DNA of 41,986 bases, taken from an uncultured bacterium (GTDB lineage Bacteria; Desulfobacterota; Dissulfuribacteria; Dissulfuribacterales; UBA3076). Below, piece after piece: positions 27,568 through 36,373 of the stretch. The notes beneath the pieces are model-generated. The model made no database searches, was not told where the DNA came from, and worked only from the letters and a program-made list of their open reading frames with translations. Numbering within the stretch: the first letter of the stretch is position 1; every line of letters starts with the position of its first letter. The position numbers were made by a program, and so were the translations under genes. The DNA lies in contig CBETWD010000003.1 of assembly GCA_965539945.1 (NCBI GenBank), positions 1 to 41,986 of the forward strand, read 5' to 3'.

Positions 27568-27597
27568 CTTTGAACCCTGAACCCTGAACCTGGAACC
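27568..27597. repeat. CTGAACC heptamer array between convergent genes
   Basis: CTTTGAACCCTGAACCCTGAACCTGGAACC. Confidence 0.85.
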
Positions 27598-27604
27598 GAT
27601 CCTT

Positions 27605-30190
27605 TTAGTTTTTATTCAGTGCTTTCCGGATGGTCGTGGCGAGGTCATGCGTAGTAATAGGCTTCATGACATACTCCCGAATGCCGATCGCCTGGGCCTT
27701 CTTTTCTGAAATCGCCTCGCTGAATCCAGTGCAAAGAATAATCGGAATGTCGGGCCTGATGTCAATGAGCCTCTTAGCCAACTCAGTGCCTGTCATATTC
27801 GGCATGGTCAGGTCGGTTATCACCAGATCAAACTTTTCCGGTTGCGCCTGGAATGCCTCCAGGGCCTCAACGCTGCTTGTGCGCGCCGCAACATGGTAAC
27901 CGAGTCGCTCTAAAATTTGTTGCACCACATTAATGATCTGCTCATCGTCATCCACGAACAGGATATATTCTTCACCCTTTGGAGCCGGCTCGGTGGAAAT
28001 GGCATCAGGTACCTTTGCATTGACTTCGATTCGGGGTAGATAGATATGAAAAGTAGTCCCCTCACCAGGCTCACTATAAACAGTGATATATCCATCATGG
28101 CTCCTGACAATCCCGTGTACCACGGAAAGACCCAGTCCTGTACCTTCACCCGGGCCCTTGGTGGTGAAATAAGGGTCAAAGATCCGTTCCACGACAGTGC
28201 GGTCCATGCCATGGCCCGTATCACTCACGGCGAGTCTCAGGTATTGCCCCGGGTTCAGATCCAGATTGGGGATTAAATCAGGAGAATCAATATCCACCTC
28301 TGTCAGAGTCACTTCCAATATCCCGCCTTTTTCGCGCATGGCATGATAGGCGTTGGTACAGAGGTTCATCATCACCTGATAGATCTGTGTGGGGTCGGCC
28401 AGGATGACCCCACACTTGTTGTCTATGTTCTGACGGATCTCAATGGTGGATGGTAATGATGCCCTCAGCAGTTTGAGCGATTCTTTTATGATGGGTTGAA
28501 TCATCAGTGGCTTACGTTCTTTTTCACTCTGACGGCTGAATGTGAGAATCTGCTGGACCAGACCCTTTGCGAGTTCCGCTGCCTTGAGGACTTCTCCCAG
28601 GTTTTTTCGGATCAGGCTGTCTTGAGGCACATCGGTTATAGCCATCTCAGTATATCCGATGATAGGAAGGAGAATGTTGTTGAAATCGTGGGCAACACCA
28701 CCGGCCAGAGTTCCGATGGCCTCCATCTTTTGTGCATTTTGGAGTTGGGTTTGGAGTTCCCTTTTTTCTTCCCGCGCCTGTTTTTGCTCCGTGACATCCA
28801 TTACATTCACAAGGATTGCCTGTTTGCCTACTTCCTCGATTCGTGTAGCCTGGAGCTCTACCCAGACGGGCCGGCCATCTTTACGGATCCAATGGATCTC
28901 CCAGCCTTTCTGCATGCCTTGCCTTAAATAGTTCTCTCCTGCTTGGCGCATCCTGTCCTGTTCATCTGCGCTGACCATGTCCCAGAAATTCATTGAACAA
29001 AGATCCGCCTGGCTGTAATCCGTGATTTCTTCCAGGGTCTGATTGGCAAAAATGACCTTCCAGTCCTTATCCGTGGACAGGATCCCGATGGGGCTTGTTT
29101 CCACAAGGCTTCGGTATCTCTTTTCTGAGGCATCAAGTTCCTTTGCCCTTCTCTGCAATTTCTCCTGGGTCTCCAAAAGGCTTATCAGGACTTGATTGAA
29201 CGCATGGGCCAGGTCATGGAACTCAACATACTCAAGTTTTCCCTCTTGAAGCTGTAGGGAAGGGCTTGATGGTTCTCTGGCAATCTCCAAAGCTTGATTG
29301 GCCATACTTTCAAGAGGATTACTCACCTTTCGGACGATCAGAAAGGAGACCAGAAGGGTCAAAAGAAAAATCCCGGCGCAGAGAAAAACAAGTTTAAAGA
29401 TCAGAGATGATTTTTCCTTTTGGAGGGATTCGGAGGAAGCTGCATAAAAAAGGCCGGGAAACGTTTCCAAAGGAATAAGATTCTCGCCAGGAAACAGATC
29501 TGTCAGGGGATGATCAGATCCGTTGGCTGTGAGATCCCGGATTCCTTCAGGGATGGTTCTGCTCCGGCCTGTACGTATATCCATAAGATGCCCTGGAGTC
29601 TGAATAAGCAATTTGGAATGGGATTTCCCGAGAATTCGTTGCAAAAAATGCGTATCCTGGGACAGGTCATACAAGACATAGGCCGTGCCCAGACGATCGT
29701 CCTTTCTGTTGATGGGAATGGAAAAAAGCGAGAAAAACAGACCATCTCCAAAATCCTGGAATTCGATTTTTTGCAAATCCTTTTTCTGACAAAGTTTTTG
29801 CAAATATGGTTTCAGGGCCACCAAACTCCCCGGCAATTCAGGGATGAACGTAGATCCATCCCTTTCTTGGACAAAAAAGAAACTCCCATTGGCAAACGGA
29901 TATTGCCTTACCACAAGTTCCAGAAGCTGATTTTTCATTCCAAGCATCAGGCTTACCCGAACCGCATTGTTCAAGCTGATCTCCCGAATGCGTGTTTCCA
30001 ACTGGTTCAAGCGATCGCTAAGGGCCATGCTCACTTCTTTTTCCTGTACCTGGAGCTTATTGTAAAACTCATGGTCCATGCTACTGCTGAGGGTAGCGTA
30101 AAGGATACCCACGACCAGGGTGAGGGATACCCCTTGGAATATAACCAGGGTCCAGGCAATAAACCTTGAAAATTTTTTCTTTGAAGCCAT
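27605..30190 (-). CDS. Hybrid sensor histidine kinase (TM-periplasmic-HAMP-PAS-HisKA-HATPase-REC)
   Basis: AGGVAHDFNN, MNLCTNA, DTGHG, FDPYFTTK, GTGLGL, FVDDD, TDLTMP. Start moved to ATG 30190, which has a GGAG RBS. Confidence 0.93.
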   Translation of the reverse strand: MASKKKFSRFIAWTLVIFQGVSLTLVVGILYATLSSSMDHEFYNKLQVQEKEVSMALSDRLNQLETRIREISLNNAVRVSLMLGMKNQLLELVVRQYPFANGSFFFVQERDGSTFIPELPGSLVALKPYLQKLCQKKDLQKIEFQDFGDGLFFSLFSIPINRKDDRLGTAYVLYDLSQDTHFLQRILGKSHSKLLIQTPGHLMDIRTGRSRTIPEGIRDLTANGSDHPLTDLFPGENLIPLETFPGLFYAASSESLQKEKSSLIFKLVFLCAGIFLLTLLVSFLIVRKVSNPLESMANQALEIAREPSSPSLQLQEGKLEYVEFHDLAHAFNQVLISLLETQEKLQRRAKELDASEKRYRSLVETSPIGILSTDKDWKVIFANQTLEEITDYSQADLCSMNFWDMVSADEQDRMRQAGENYLRQGMQKGWEIHWIRKDGRPVWVELQATRIEEVGKQAILVNVMDVTEQKQAREEKRELQTQLQNAQKMEAIGTLAGGVAHDFNNILLPIIGYTEMAITDVPQDSLIRKNLGEVLKAAELAKGLVQQILTFSRQSEKERKPLMIQPIIKESLKLLRASLPSTIEIRQNIDNKCGVILADPTQIYQVMMNLCTNAYHAMREKGGILEVTLTEVDIDSPDLIPNLDLNPGQYLRLAVSDTGHGMDRTVVERIFDPYFTTKGPGEGTGLGLSVVHGIVRSHDGYITVYSEPGEGTTFHIYLPRIEVNAKVPDAISTEPAPKGEEYILFVDDDEQIINVVQQILERLGYHVAARTSSVEALEAFQAQPEKFDLVITDLTMPNMTGTELAKRLIDIRPDIPIILCTGFSEAISEKKAQAIGIREYVMKPITTHDLATTIRKALNKN

Positions 30191-30204
30191 TTGGTCTCCC
30201 TGAG

Positions 30205-30318
30205 CTACGGACTGTCTAAAACCACCTCGTCTGCGGCCATGAGAATGTCTGAAGGAATTTTGATGCCCAGTTGACCGGCCTGGCAACCCATGGAGTAAAA
30301 ATCCACAGCCGCACGCAT
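30205..30318 (-). pseudogene. C-terminal remnant of an ABC_sub_bind-type substrate-binding protein gene
   Basis: Translates AAVDFYSMGCQAG-QLGIKIPSDILMAADEVVLDSP*; stop lies 14 bp before the kinase start. Confidence 0.65.
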
Positions 30319-30422
30319 CTTGCGGTTTCGTCACACATCATTTCCCTGCCACGTGCGAATAATGTCTTACTTGTCTTTTTAAGTTGTCGGAATATTTGTG
30401 GATAAAGCTTAAATGATTTGTA

Positions 30423-30488
30423 ACCGTTCAGGGGTTCAAAGGTTCAAGGGTTAAGAGGTTCGGGGTTTACCAAAAATCTGAACCGTTG
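30423..30488. repeat. GGTTCA(A/G) tandem array
   Basis: CGTTCAGGGGTTCAAAGGTTCAAGGGTTAAGAGGTTCGGGGTT...CTGAACCG. Confidence 0.75.
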
Positions 30489-30766
30489 ATTTGTGGGTTC
30501 TGAATGGAGAAGGCATGAGAAAAAAACGAGGAGAGCATATGTCATACCTCCCTAAATTTGAGTTCCTTATCCATTTTTATTAATTAACCCGAAAAGGAAC
30601 TTGTAAGGTAACTTATTTCAACATCGTCTTTGAAAAGAAAACTGTTCTGTGAAAAGACATGGGTTCAGTCCAAAATCGACTGTGACTGATCGAAAAACAA
30701 GAGCAAATTACGACCAAACGCTGCTGTAAAACCGTTGATTTAAAAAAAACTTTGAGGGAGGAAAAA

Positions 30767-31081
30767 ATGATAATCACAAACATCGAGACAGTTCCAGGCA
30801 AAACCATTGTCGAACATTTCGGCCTGGTGTCCGGCAGCACGATCCGGGCAAAGCATATTGGCAGAGATATCATGGCAAGCTTGAAAAATCTGGTAGGTGG
30901 AGAGCTTAAGGGCTATACCCAGCTTTTGCAGGAATCCCGCAATCAAGCAATTGACCGGATGGTTGAGCATGCACGCCAAATGGGTGCCAATGCCATTGTT
31001 AATGTCAGATTTTCCACTTCCTCAGTTGCACAGGGTGCTGCTGAACTCTATGCGTATGGCACGGCTGTTCGGGTCCAATAA
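30767..31081 (+). CDS. YbjQ (UPF0145) family protein
   Basis: GLVSGSTIRAKHIGRD, LKNLVGGELKGY, GANAIVNVRF, AYGTAV. Confidence 0.95.
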   Translation: MIITNIETVPGKTIVEHFGLVSGSTIRAKHIGRDIMASLKNLVGGELKGYTQLLQESRNQAIDRMVEHARQMGANAIVNVRFSTSSVAQGAAELYAYGTAVRVQ

Positions 31082-31095
31082 AAGGAGACTTGCCC

Positions 31096-31545
31096 ATGTA
31101 TGATCTGTTAATTTTCCTGACACTGATTGCGGTGGGTTACTCGGTTGGCACACTGTTGGAAAAAAGGCATTACCGCTCTATCCATAAGCGTGAAAAAGCC
31201 TTTCTTTATCTGCCTGCTGTTACCATTAAAGCCGTCGATTACCCCGAGGAGAAGGTTAGGTCAGCTGAATTAGTATATGGCAGTGTGGTGATTTCCATTG
31301 ATTATTTCAAAAAGATCCTCGCAGGCCTTCGCAATATTTTCGGCGGCACGGTCAAGTCGTACGAAAGCCTGGTTGACAGGGCTCGTCGGGAAGCGTTGCT
31401 GCGGATGAAGGAAATGGCCGGGGATGCAACAGTGATTGTTAATGTCCGCATCGAAACATCCACGATCGCTAGAAAAGCCAACAAGAAAGGAGTAGGGTGT
31501 CTTGAAGCCATTGCATACGGAACTGCCCTGACACTTGAGAAATAG
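31096..31545 (+). CDS. Membrane-anchored YbjQ family protein
   Basis: N-terminal TM segment, GSVVISIDYFK, FGGTVKSYESLVDRARREA, AYGTA. Confidence 0.9.
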   Translation: MYDLLIFLTLIAVGYSVGTLLEKRHYRSIHKREKAFLYLPAVTIKAVDYPEEKVRSAELVYGSVVISIDYFKKILAGLRNIFGGTVKSYESLVDRARREALLRMKEMAGDATVIVNVRIETSTIARKANKKGVGCLEAIAYGTALTLEK

Positions 31546-32373
31546 ATGAAGTATACGCCCCGGCAGCCCAAATCCAATGTTAATGTGACACACACTTCAC
31601 ACATTCGGGATTTTTTTGTGCTTGCCGGGGGATTGCTGGGCTTAATAGTTGTTGTTTATCTCATGCTGGGGCTGGCGGTGGATCTAATGGTGCCGCATAT
31701 CTCCATCGACCTTGAAAACAAAATGGGGGTTCATTTTTTTCAGTCAATGGGTGGCAAAGATGCGGATTCGCAAAGGGAATATTATGTCCAATCCCTGATG
31801 GATGATTTGCAGGAGCGGTGCGCTAAATTGCCTTACCGGTTTAAGATCCATGTCCGCAAAGCCCCCACAGTCAACGCCATGGCCCTGCCCGGAGGGCATG
31901 TTATAGTATTTACAGGACTCCTGGATAAAGTGAGTTCTGAAAACGAATTGGCCTTTGTCTTGGCCCATGAGATGGGGCACTATGCCCACAGGGATCATCT
32001 CCGGGCTGGAGGCCGGACTGTTGTGTTAATGACGTTTTCCGCTTTATTGTTCGGTGTGGACAGCAGCGTCAGCAAAGTACTGGGCCATACATTGAACATA
32101 ACGGAGTTAAGCTTTTCCCGGAAACAGGAAACCCGGGCGGATGAGTTTGCACTTGAAACAGTAAATTGTGCCTATGGTCATGTCGGCGGTGCAACTGATT
32201 TTTTCGAAAAGATTCCCAAGGAACAGGACCCTGGCAAATTCGGCCATTACTTTGCCTCACATCCGGAAACCCGTTCCCGGATATCTCACCTTAATAACAT
32301 AATCCGGTCCAGAGGATTTAATCCGGCAAAAAGGAAACCGCTGCCCGAAGCCATATGGAAGTCTATCCCATGA
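31546..32373 (+). CDS. M48 family metallopeptidase
   Basis: VNAMALPGG, LAHEMGH (HEXXH), FSRKQETRAD, ASHP. Confidence 0.93.
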   Translation: MKYTPRQPKSNVNVTHTSHIRDFFVLAGGLLGLIVVVYLMLGLAVDLMVPHISIDLENKMGVHFFQSMGGKDADSQREYYVQSLMDDLQERCAKLPYRFKIHVRKAPTVNAMALPGGHVIVFTGLLDKVSSENELAFVLAHEMGHYAHRDHLRAGGRTVVLMTFSALLFGVDSSVSKVLGHTLNITELSFSRKQETRADEFALETVNCAYGHVGGATDFFEKIPKEQDPGKFGHYFASHPETRSRISHLNNIIRSRGFNPAKRKPLPEAIWKSIP

Positions 32374-32426
32374 GCACTAAGGACCCGTAAAGGAATAAAT
32401 CGTTGGAATTTGCGCCGAATGGACTA

Positions 32427-32490
32427 ATGAACATCGAACATCGAACGTCCAACATCGAATGTTGAATGAAAAAAGATGAGGAAACAGGAT
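32427..32490. repeat. Single AACATCG arm of element A directly upstream of the radical SAM gene
   Basis: ATGAACATCGAACATCGAACGTCCAACATCGAATGTTGAATG is identical to about 18629-18670. Confidence 0.9.
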
Positions 32491-32492
32491 TT

Positions 32493-34082
32493 ATGAAATG
32501 GACAGAAGAGGCAAAAAAGGCCTTTGAGGCGGTACCGCCTTTTGTGAGGCCTATGGCCAAAAAAGGAGTAGAGGCCTATGCCCGGTCCATGGGGCAAAAA
32601 ATCATCACCCCTGAGCTCCTTAAAGACGCCAAAAGAAATCTCATGGGAAGACATGGGATGAAATCAACGGATTCCCAAGTCAACAAGGAAAAACCGGACA
32701 GGAAGGCTTCGGTCCTTACGACTCAACATCCAAACAAATTTTTTGCCAGAGAAGGGGTGGACCCACTGAAGTACGCCTTTGATCGCAAGATCGCTGTTCA
32801 TGCAGGGGCCGGAGGACAAACGCTTTCTGCTGAAGATGCCTTGCCTACCTGGCAGGCACTTTGTATTAAGCCTGACAGTTCGTCCCGAAGGGCAGTCTAT
32901 ATCCATGTCCCCTTCTGCCAAAGCCGGTGTCTCTATTGCGGCTTCTTCATGCATACCTTGCGCCGGGGTGACAGCACCCGTTACACTGATGCCCTCCTCA
33001 AGGAGATAGAACAGACCTCGGGACTTCCGGCCGTGGCCGGCCACCCCATACATGCAGTCTATCTGGGAGGCGGGACACCTACTGCATTGGATGCAGGGGA
33101 TCTCAAGCGGCTGATCGAGACTGTCTGCCGCCTGTTCCCCCTGGCCGATGACTGCGAAATCACAGTGGAAGGCAGGGTGGCTGATTTTGGGCAGGACAAG
33201 ATGCAGGCCTGCGTGGCCGGAGGTGCCAACCGTTTTTCCATAGGTGTCCAGAGCTTTAATACCAAAGTCCGGCAGGACGTTGGACGTATAGCGGACAGGG
33301 CCGAGGTCCTGAAAATGCTTACCACCTTGACTGACCTGGATAATGGGGCCGCAATTATTGACCTCATCTACGGACTTCCAGGCCAGACCATGGCTGTCTG
33401 GGAAGATGACTTGAGGACCCTGATTGAAGAGACAAAGCTGGATGGCGCTGATCTCTATCAGTTGAGTGTCTTTAAGGGCAGCCTTTTGAGCCGGGCTGTA
33501 GATCAGGGTAAGCTCCAGTCCCCTGCGGACATCCCTACCCAGGCAGAGATGTTTTTAAAGGGCAGGGAGATGATGACCGCGGCTTGTTTCAGACGCCTCT
33601 CCATGTCCCATTGGGGCCGCACTCCCAAGGAACGCAACCGTTACAACACCTTTATCCGCTATGGGGCCACCTGCATCCCACTGGGCTGTGGTGCAGGAGG
33701 GCGCCTTCACGGCCACTATTTCTTCCAGGAGGGGAATCTGAAGACCTACTATAGGCGTGTCAACGCAGGGGAAAAACCAGTGGCCACGGCCATTCTCCTG
33801 CCTGCGCACTCCCCTCTTTTTAGAAACCTTGTTGGGCAGATGGAAAATGGCAGAGTGAGTCTCACTGCCCTTGGAGAAAAGCACGGTTTTGACTTAGAGG
33901 CAGTCTTTTCCCCGCTCCTTGAGCAATGGGAGCATGCGGGCCTGATACGGCGTCCGGGGGAGGGGTGGATTGAGCTTACAGTGGCTGGGGAGTTCTGGAA
34001 TGTCAACCTGGCCCAGGCCCTTATTGATTACTTCCAGCACTATCATCAGGAAGATGCCCGGCCAGGTTCCATGGCACTTTAA
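32493..34082 (+). CDS. HutW/ChuW-like class C radical SAM enzyme with N-terminal PCP_red domain
   Basis: WTEEAKKAFEAVPPFVRPMAKKGVE (PCP_red); YIHVPFCQSRCLYC, YLGGGTPT, EITVEGR, HWGRTPKERNRYN, GCGAGG, AGEFWNVNLAQ. Confidence 0.85.
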   Translation: MKWTEEAKKAFEAVPPFVRPMAKKGVEAYARSMGQKIITPELLKDAKRNLMGRHGMKSTDSQVNKEKPDRKASVLTTQHPNKFFAREGVDPLKYAFDRKIAVHAGAGGQTLSAEDALPTWQALCIKPDSSSRRAVYIHVPFCQSRCLYCGFFMHTLRRGDSTRYTDALLKEIEQTSGLPAVAGHPIHAVYLGGGTPTALDAGDLKRLIETVCRLFPLADDCEITVEGRVADFGQDKMQACVAGGANRFSIGVQSFNTKVRQDVGRIADRAEVLKMLTTLTDLDNGAAIIDLIYGLPGQTMAVWEDDLRTLIEETKLDGADLYQLSVFKGSLLSRAVDQGKLQSPADIPTQAEMFLKGREMMTAACFRRLSMSHWGRTPKERNRYNTFIRYGATCIPLGCGAGGRLHGHYFFQEGNLKTYYRRVNAGEKPVATAILLPAHSPLFRNLVGQMENGRVSLTALGEKHGFDLEAVFSPLLEQWEHAGLIRRPGEGWIELTVAGEFWNVNLAQALIDYFQHYHQEDARPGSMAL

Positions 34083-34115
34083 ACCCAGCAAGACTTATCA
34101 TATCGGAGGACAATC

Positions 34116-34646
34116 ATGAAAACCCTAATCATATGTGCGAGCAAGTACGGTTCCACCCTTGAAATCGGAAAATGGCTGGCGGAAAGACTGGGCGGCGTTT
34201 GCCTTGTGGATAAGGCTGAATCCATGCCTGACCCGGCAGATGCAGATCTTGTCATCCTGGGATCTGGTATCTACAACCACCATGTATTGCCCTCTGTGCA
34301 GGAATATGTGAACCGCTTCAAGGATGCGCTGAAAGGCAAAAAGACCGTGGTCTTTGGAGTCGCCATGGACACAACAGGGGTCTTTGTGCAGGGAAAGGTC
34401 CACGGTGGATGGAACTATATCCTGCCTTTGATTAAGAGCCTGCCAAAACCCCCGATCCATGCCGGACTCCTGGGCGGGGAGATAAATCCGGACAAGCTGG
34501 ATGCCAAGGATACTGAAGGACTTAAGCGGTTCTACAAGATGCTTTACGGCCGGGAGACTTCCATACCCTATAAGACATGGATGGACAAGAAAAAGGTCTG
34601 GGCCTTTGCGGAAAAGATACTGGAGCGTCTTGAAAGACCGATTTAA
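34116..34646 (+). CDS. Flavodoxin-domain protein (HemG/Flavodoxin_5-like)
   Basis: ASKYGSTLEIGKWLA, ILGSGIY, C-terminal DKKKVWAFA. Confidence 0.85.
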   Translation: MKTLIICASKYGSTLEIGKWLAERLGGVCLVDKAESMPDPADADLVILGSGIYNHHVLPSVQEYVNRFKDALKGKKTVVFGVAMDTTGVFVQGKVHGGWNYILPLIKSLPKPPIHAGLLGGEINPDKLDAKDTEGLKRFYKMLYGRETSIPYKTWMDKKKVWAFAEKILERLERPI

Positions 34647-34785
34647 TCAGCCACAGACCCACACTGACACACACAGATATTTTACCTCTTGGTAAGGACA
34701 GGCAAATGGATACCCCCCTTTTGTTTTATTTCGTGTTTTCGTGATTGTGTTTCAGAATTTTCTGCCAGAAAAAACGTAAAAATAG

Positions 34786-34863
34786 GTAACTTCTCAATAA
34801 GTCCAGGCAAATCATATTTTGCGACCATCCAGTGACTGTTACCCAGACTTATTGAGAAATTAC
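34786..34863. mobile_element. 78-bp MITE with 18-bp terminal inverted repeats and 5-bp flanking direct repeat
   Basis: GTAACTTCTCAATAAGTC ... GACTTATTGAGAAATTAC (17/18 match); AATAG at 34781-34785 and 34864-34868. Confidence 0.85.
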
Positions 34864-35359
34864 AATAGTGCCTGAATTTTATTTCATTGGATAACTGTTT
34901 GTAAGCTGCTTGCCAATTTCCCTTTACTCCCGTTTGAACAGCTTTGTTTTGCGCTGAATCACGCTTACTGGTGTCAATCTGTAATTTTGATTGCAAAGGG
35001 GCTGCCCGATACGAATTTTGTGTCTCGCTAATACCCTTTGGTTTTGGTGGATGTTTGGGCAGTTCACTTGTATTATTACTGGGTTTTGATCTGATTAATT
35101 CGCAATAAATATGGATTGCTTCATTGGCTTGTTTTTGCTGTGCGTCGGTCTGCCTCTTTTCTTTTAATTTCCGGATAAAATTGGGCAGACTCTGGGAGTT
35201 TGATTCACTGAACCGGTATCTTTGACAGAAACCTAAATAGTATCGTAACCATTTTAAATAATGGTTATGAAATTTTTGGGGTATTTTGTTTTTGACCAAT
35301 AAAGCGTCGAACTGTGCATTTAGGGCGGCGGAAATCTTTCTCATTGTGTTTATCCGCAT
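34864..35359 (-). pseudogene. intI: Integron integrase N-terminal fragment (long N-terminal form), truncated at EIKFRHY
   Basis: YLKWLRYYLGFC, FIRKLKEKRQT, QANEAI, WQAAYKQLSNEIKFRHY (start of the SAM-like domain); divergent from an attI and cassette; no catalytic domain. Confidence 0.8.
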
Positions 35360-35464
35360 ACGTCTATCTTCATTTATTTAGTGTTAAGCGATTAGATAAA
35401 AACATAAGTAATTATTTTTTTCTTGTTAACATTTTTTATTTTTGGTATTTAAATGCAAGATAAC

Positions 35465-35492
35465 CGTAAAATCATATAATCACTTGTTAGCC
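35465..35492 (+). mobile_element. Putative attI site (core GTTAGCC at 35486-35492)
   Basis: The core is the exact complement of GGCTAAC at the cassette end (36093-36099) and lies upstream of intI in an AT-rich spacer. Confidence 0.8.
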
Positions 35493-35507
35493 TCAACATA
35501 GAACGGA

Positions 35508-36098
35508 ATGCATGTGAGACATCTAAACAATATAGGGATTATTTTTGGAATAGTTGGGGTCTTATTTGCAATTTACGTAAATTTCAATCCTTTTACGGAG
35601 GAGAAGCATGATAATCGATATATCGGTATATGGTTTAGTGAATATAGCTATCCATATGCAGGTGGGAAAGTTTCAGTAAAAGGTACAACTGAATATTTTG
35701 AGACAGGTTTTTATAATTTTGTTGGTGATATGGAGATCAACGGAAAAGCAAATGGCAAATTAGTAAACGTAGTATATGCGTTAGACCTTTCTGGGCAATG
35801 GAATGGCAACTCAAACCAACTTACGGTTCAGATTGTTGATATCAAGTCAACGCCGATAGTTTTAAAGATAGATTCTGATGTAAAAGATGTAGTAGCTCTC
35901 AGAAACATTTTAAGCGTTTCCGGGGGCTCTTTTCCTTCTGTGGAAGATTTTGTGCCACGCGGCATAACTGAACAGTACGACGTTGTGCGATTAACAGATA
36001 GCTCTATGCGCGTTCGGGTAGATGATCCTGAAGGAAACCATTTCGAATATGATAGTATGAAACAGAAATTTCGCTATCAAAGACAGCCAAGAGGCTAA
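35508..36098 (+). CDS. Gene cassette: hypothetical membrane-anchored, beta-rich protein
   Basis: AT-rich ORF with N-terminal TM segment; its stop TAA lies within R'' GGCTAAC. Confidence 0.8.
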   Translation: MHVRHLNNIGIIFGIVGVLFAIYVNFNPFTEEKHDNRYIGIWFSEYSYPYAGGKVSVKGTTEYFETGFYNFVGDMEINGKANGKLVNVVYALDLSGQWNGNSNQLTVQIVDIKSTPIVLKIDSDVKDVVALRNILSVSGGSFPSVEDFVPRGITEQYDVVRLTDSSMRVRVDDPEGNHFEYDSMKQKFRYQRQPRG

Positions 36099-36177
36099 CA
36101 ATGGCATAAACACTGAGGCAAAACAGCTGGTTTCTTTAAAGGTTATCAGTGTAATCAAGCATCTTGCTTTCCTTTAA
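36093..36177 (+). mobile_element. Truncated attC (left half only)
   Basis: R'' GGCTAAC and L''-like CATAAAC; no matching L'/R' before the zinc-finger fragment. Confidence 0.6.
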
Positions 36178-36360
36178 TTATTGCGCAGCGGTCAACACAC
36201 CGCAATGGTAAAGGTACGTGCTGAAATTTGCCTTCATTGTGGTGAGCGTCTGTACACTAAAGACACTGTCAGTCATTTTGAGCAAATTCGAGCCAAGTTG
36301 GCCCGACAAGATGTTGCAGATTTTCAACCTATGGGGCAAACATTTCAAGTTGTGGGATAG
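36178..36360 (+). pseudogene. 5'-truncated YgiT-type zinc-finger protein (not in the ORF track)
   Basis: Translates LLRSGQHTAMVKVRAEICLHCGERLYTKDTVSHFEQIRAKLARQDVADFQPMGQTFQVVG*; the first CxxC is missing. Confidence 0.75.
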
Positions 36361-36373
36361 TGCTCCAAACTCT

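Noticed and set aside
30191-30334. N-terminal extension of the histidine kinase in the ORF track
   Set aside because: A better ATG with RBS exists at 30190, and the region encodes a binding-protein remnant in another frame.
30767-32373. YbjQ-YbjQ-M48 operon as a novel system
   Set aside because: A commonly seen gene trio with nothing unusual in this copy.
34682-34863. C-terminal ~60 aa of the 225-aa ORF
   Set aside because: Read-through into the MITE and repeat DNA, not integrase sequence.
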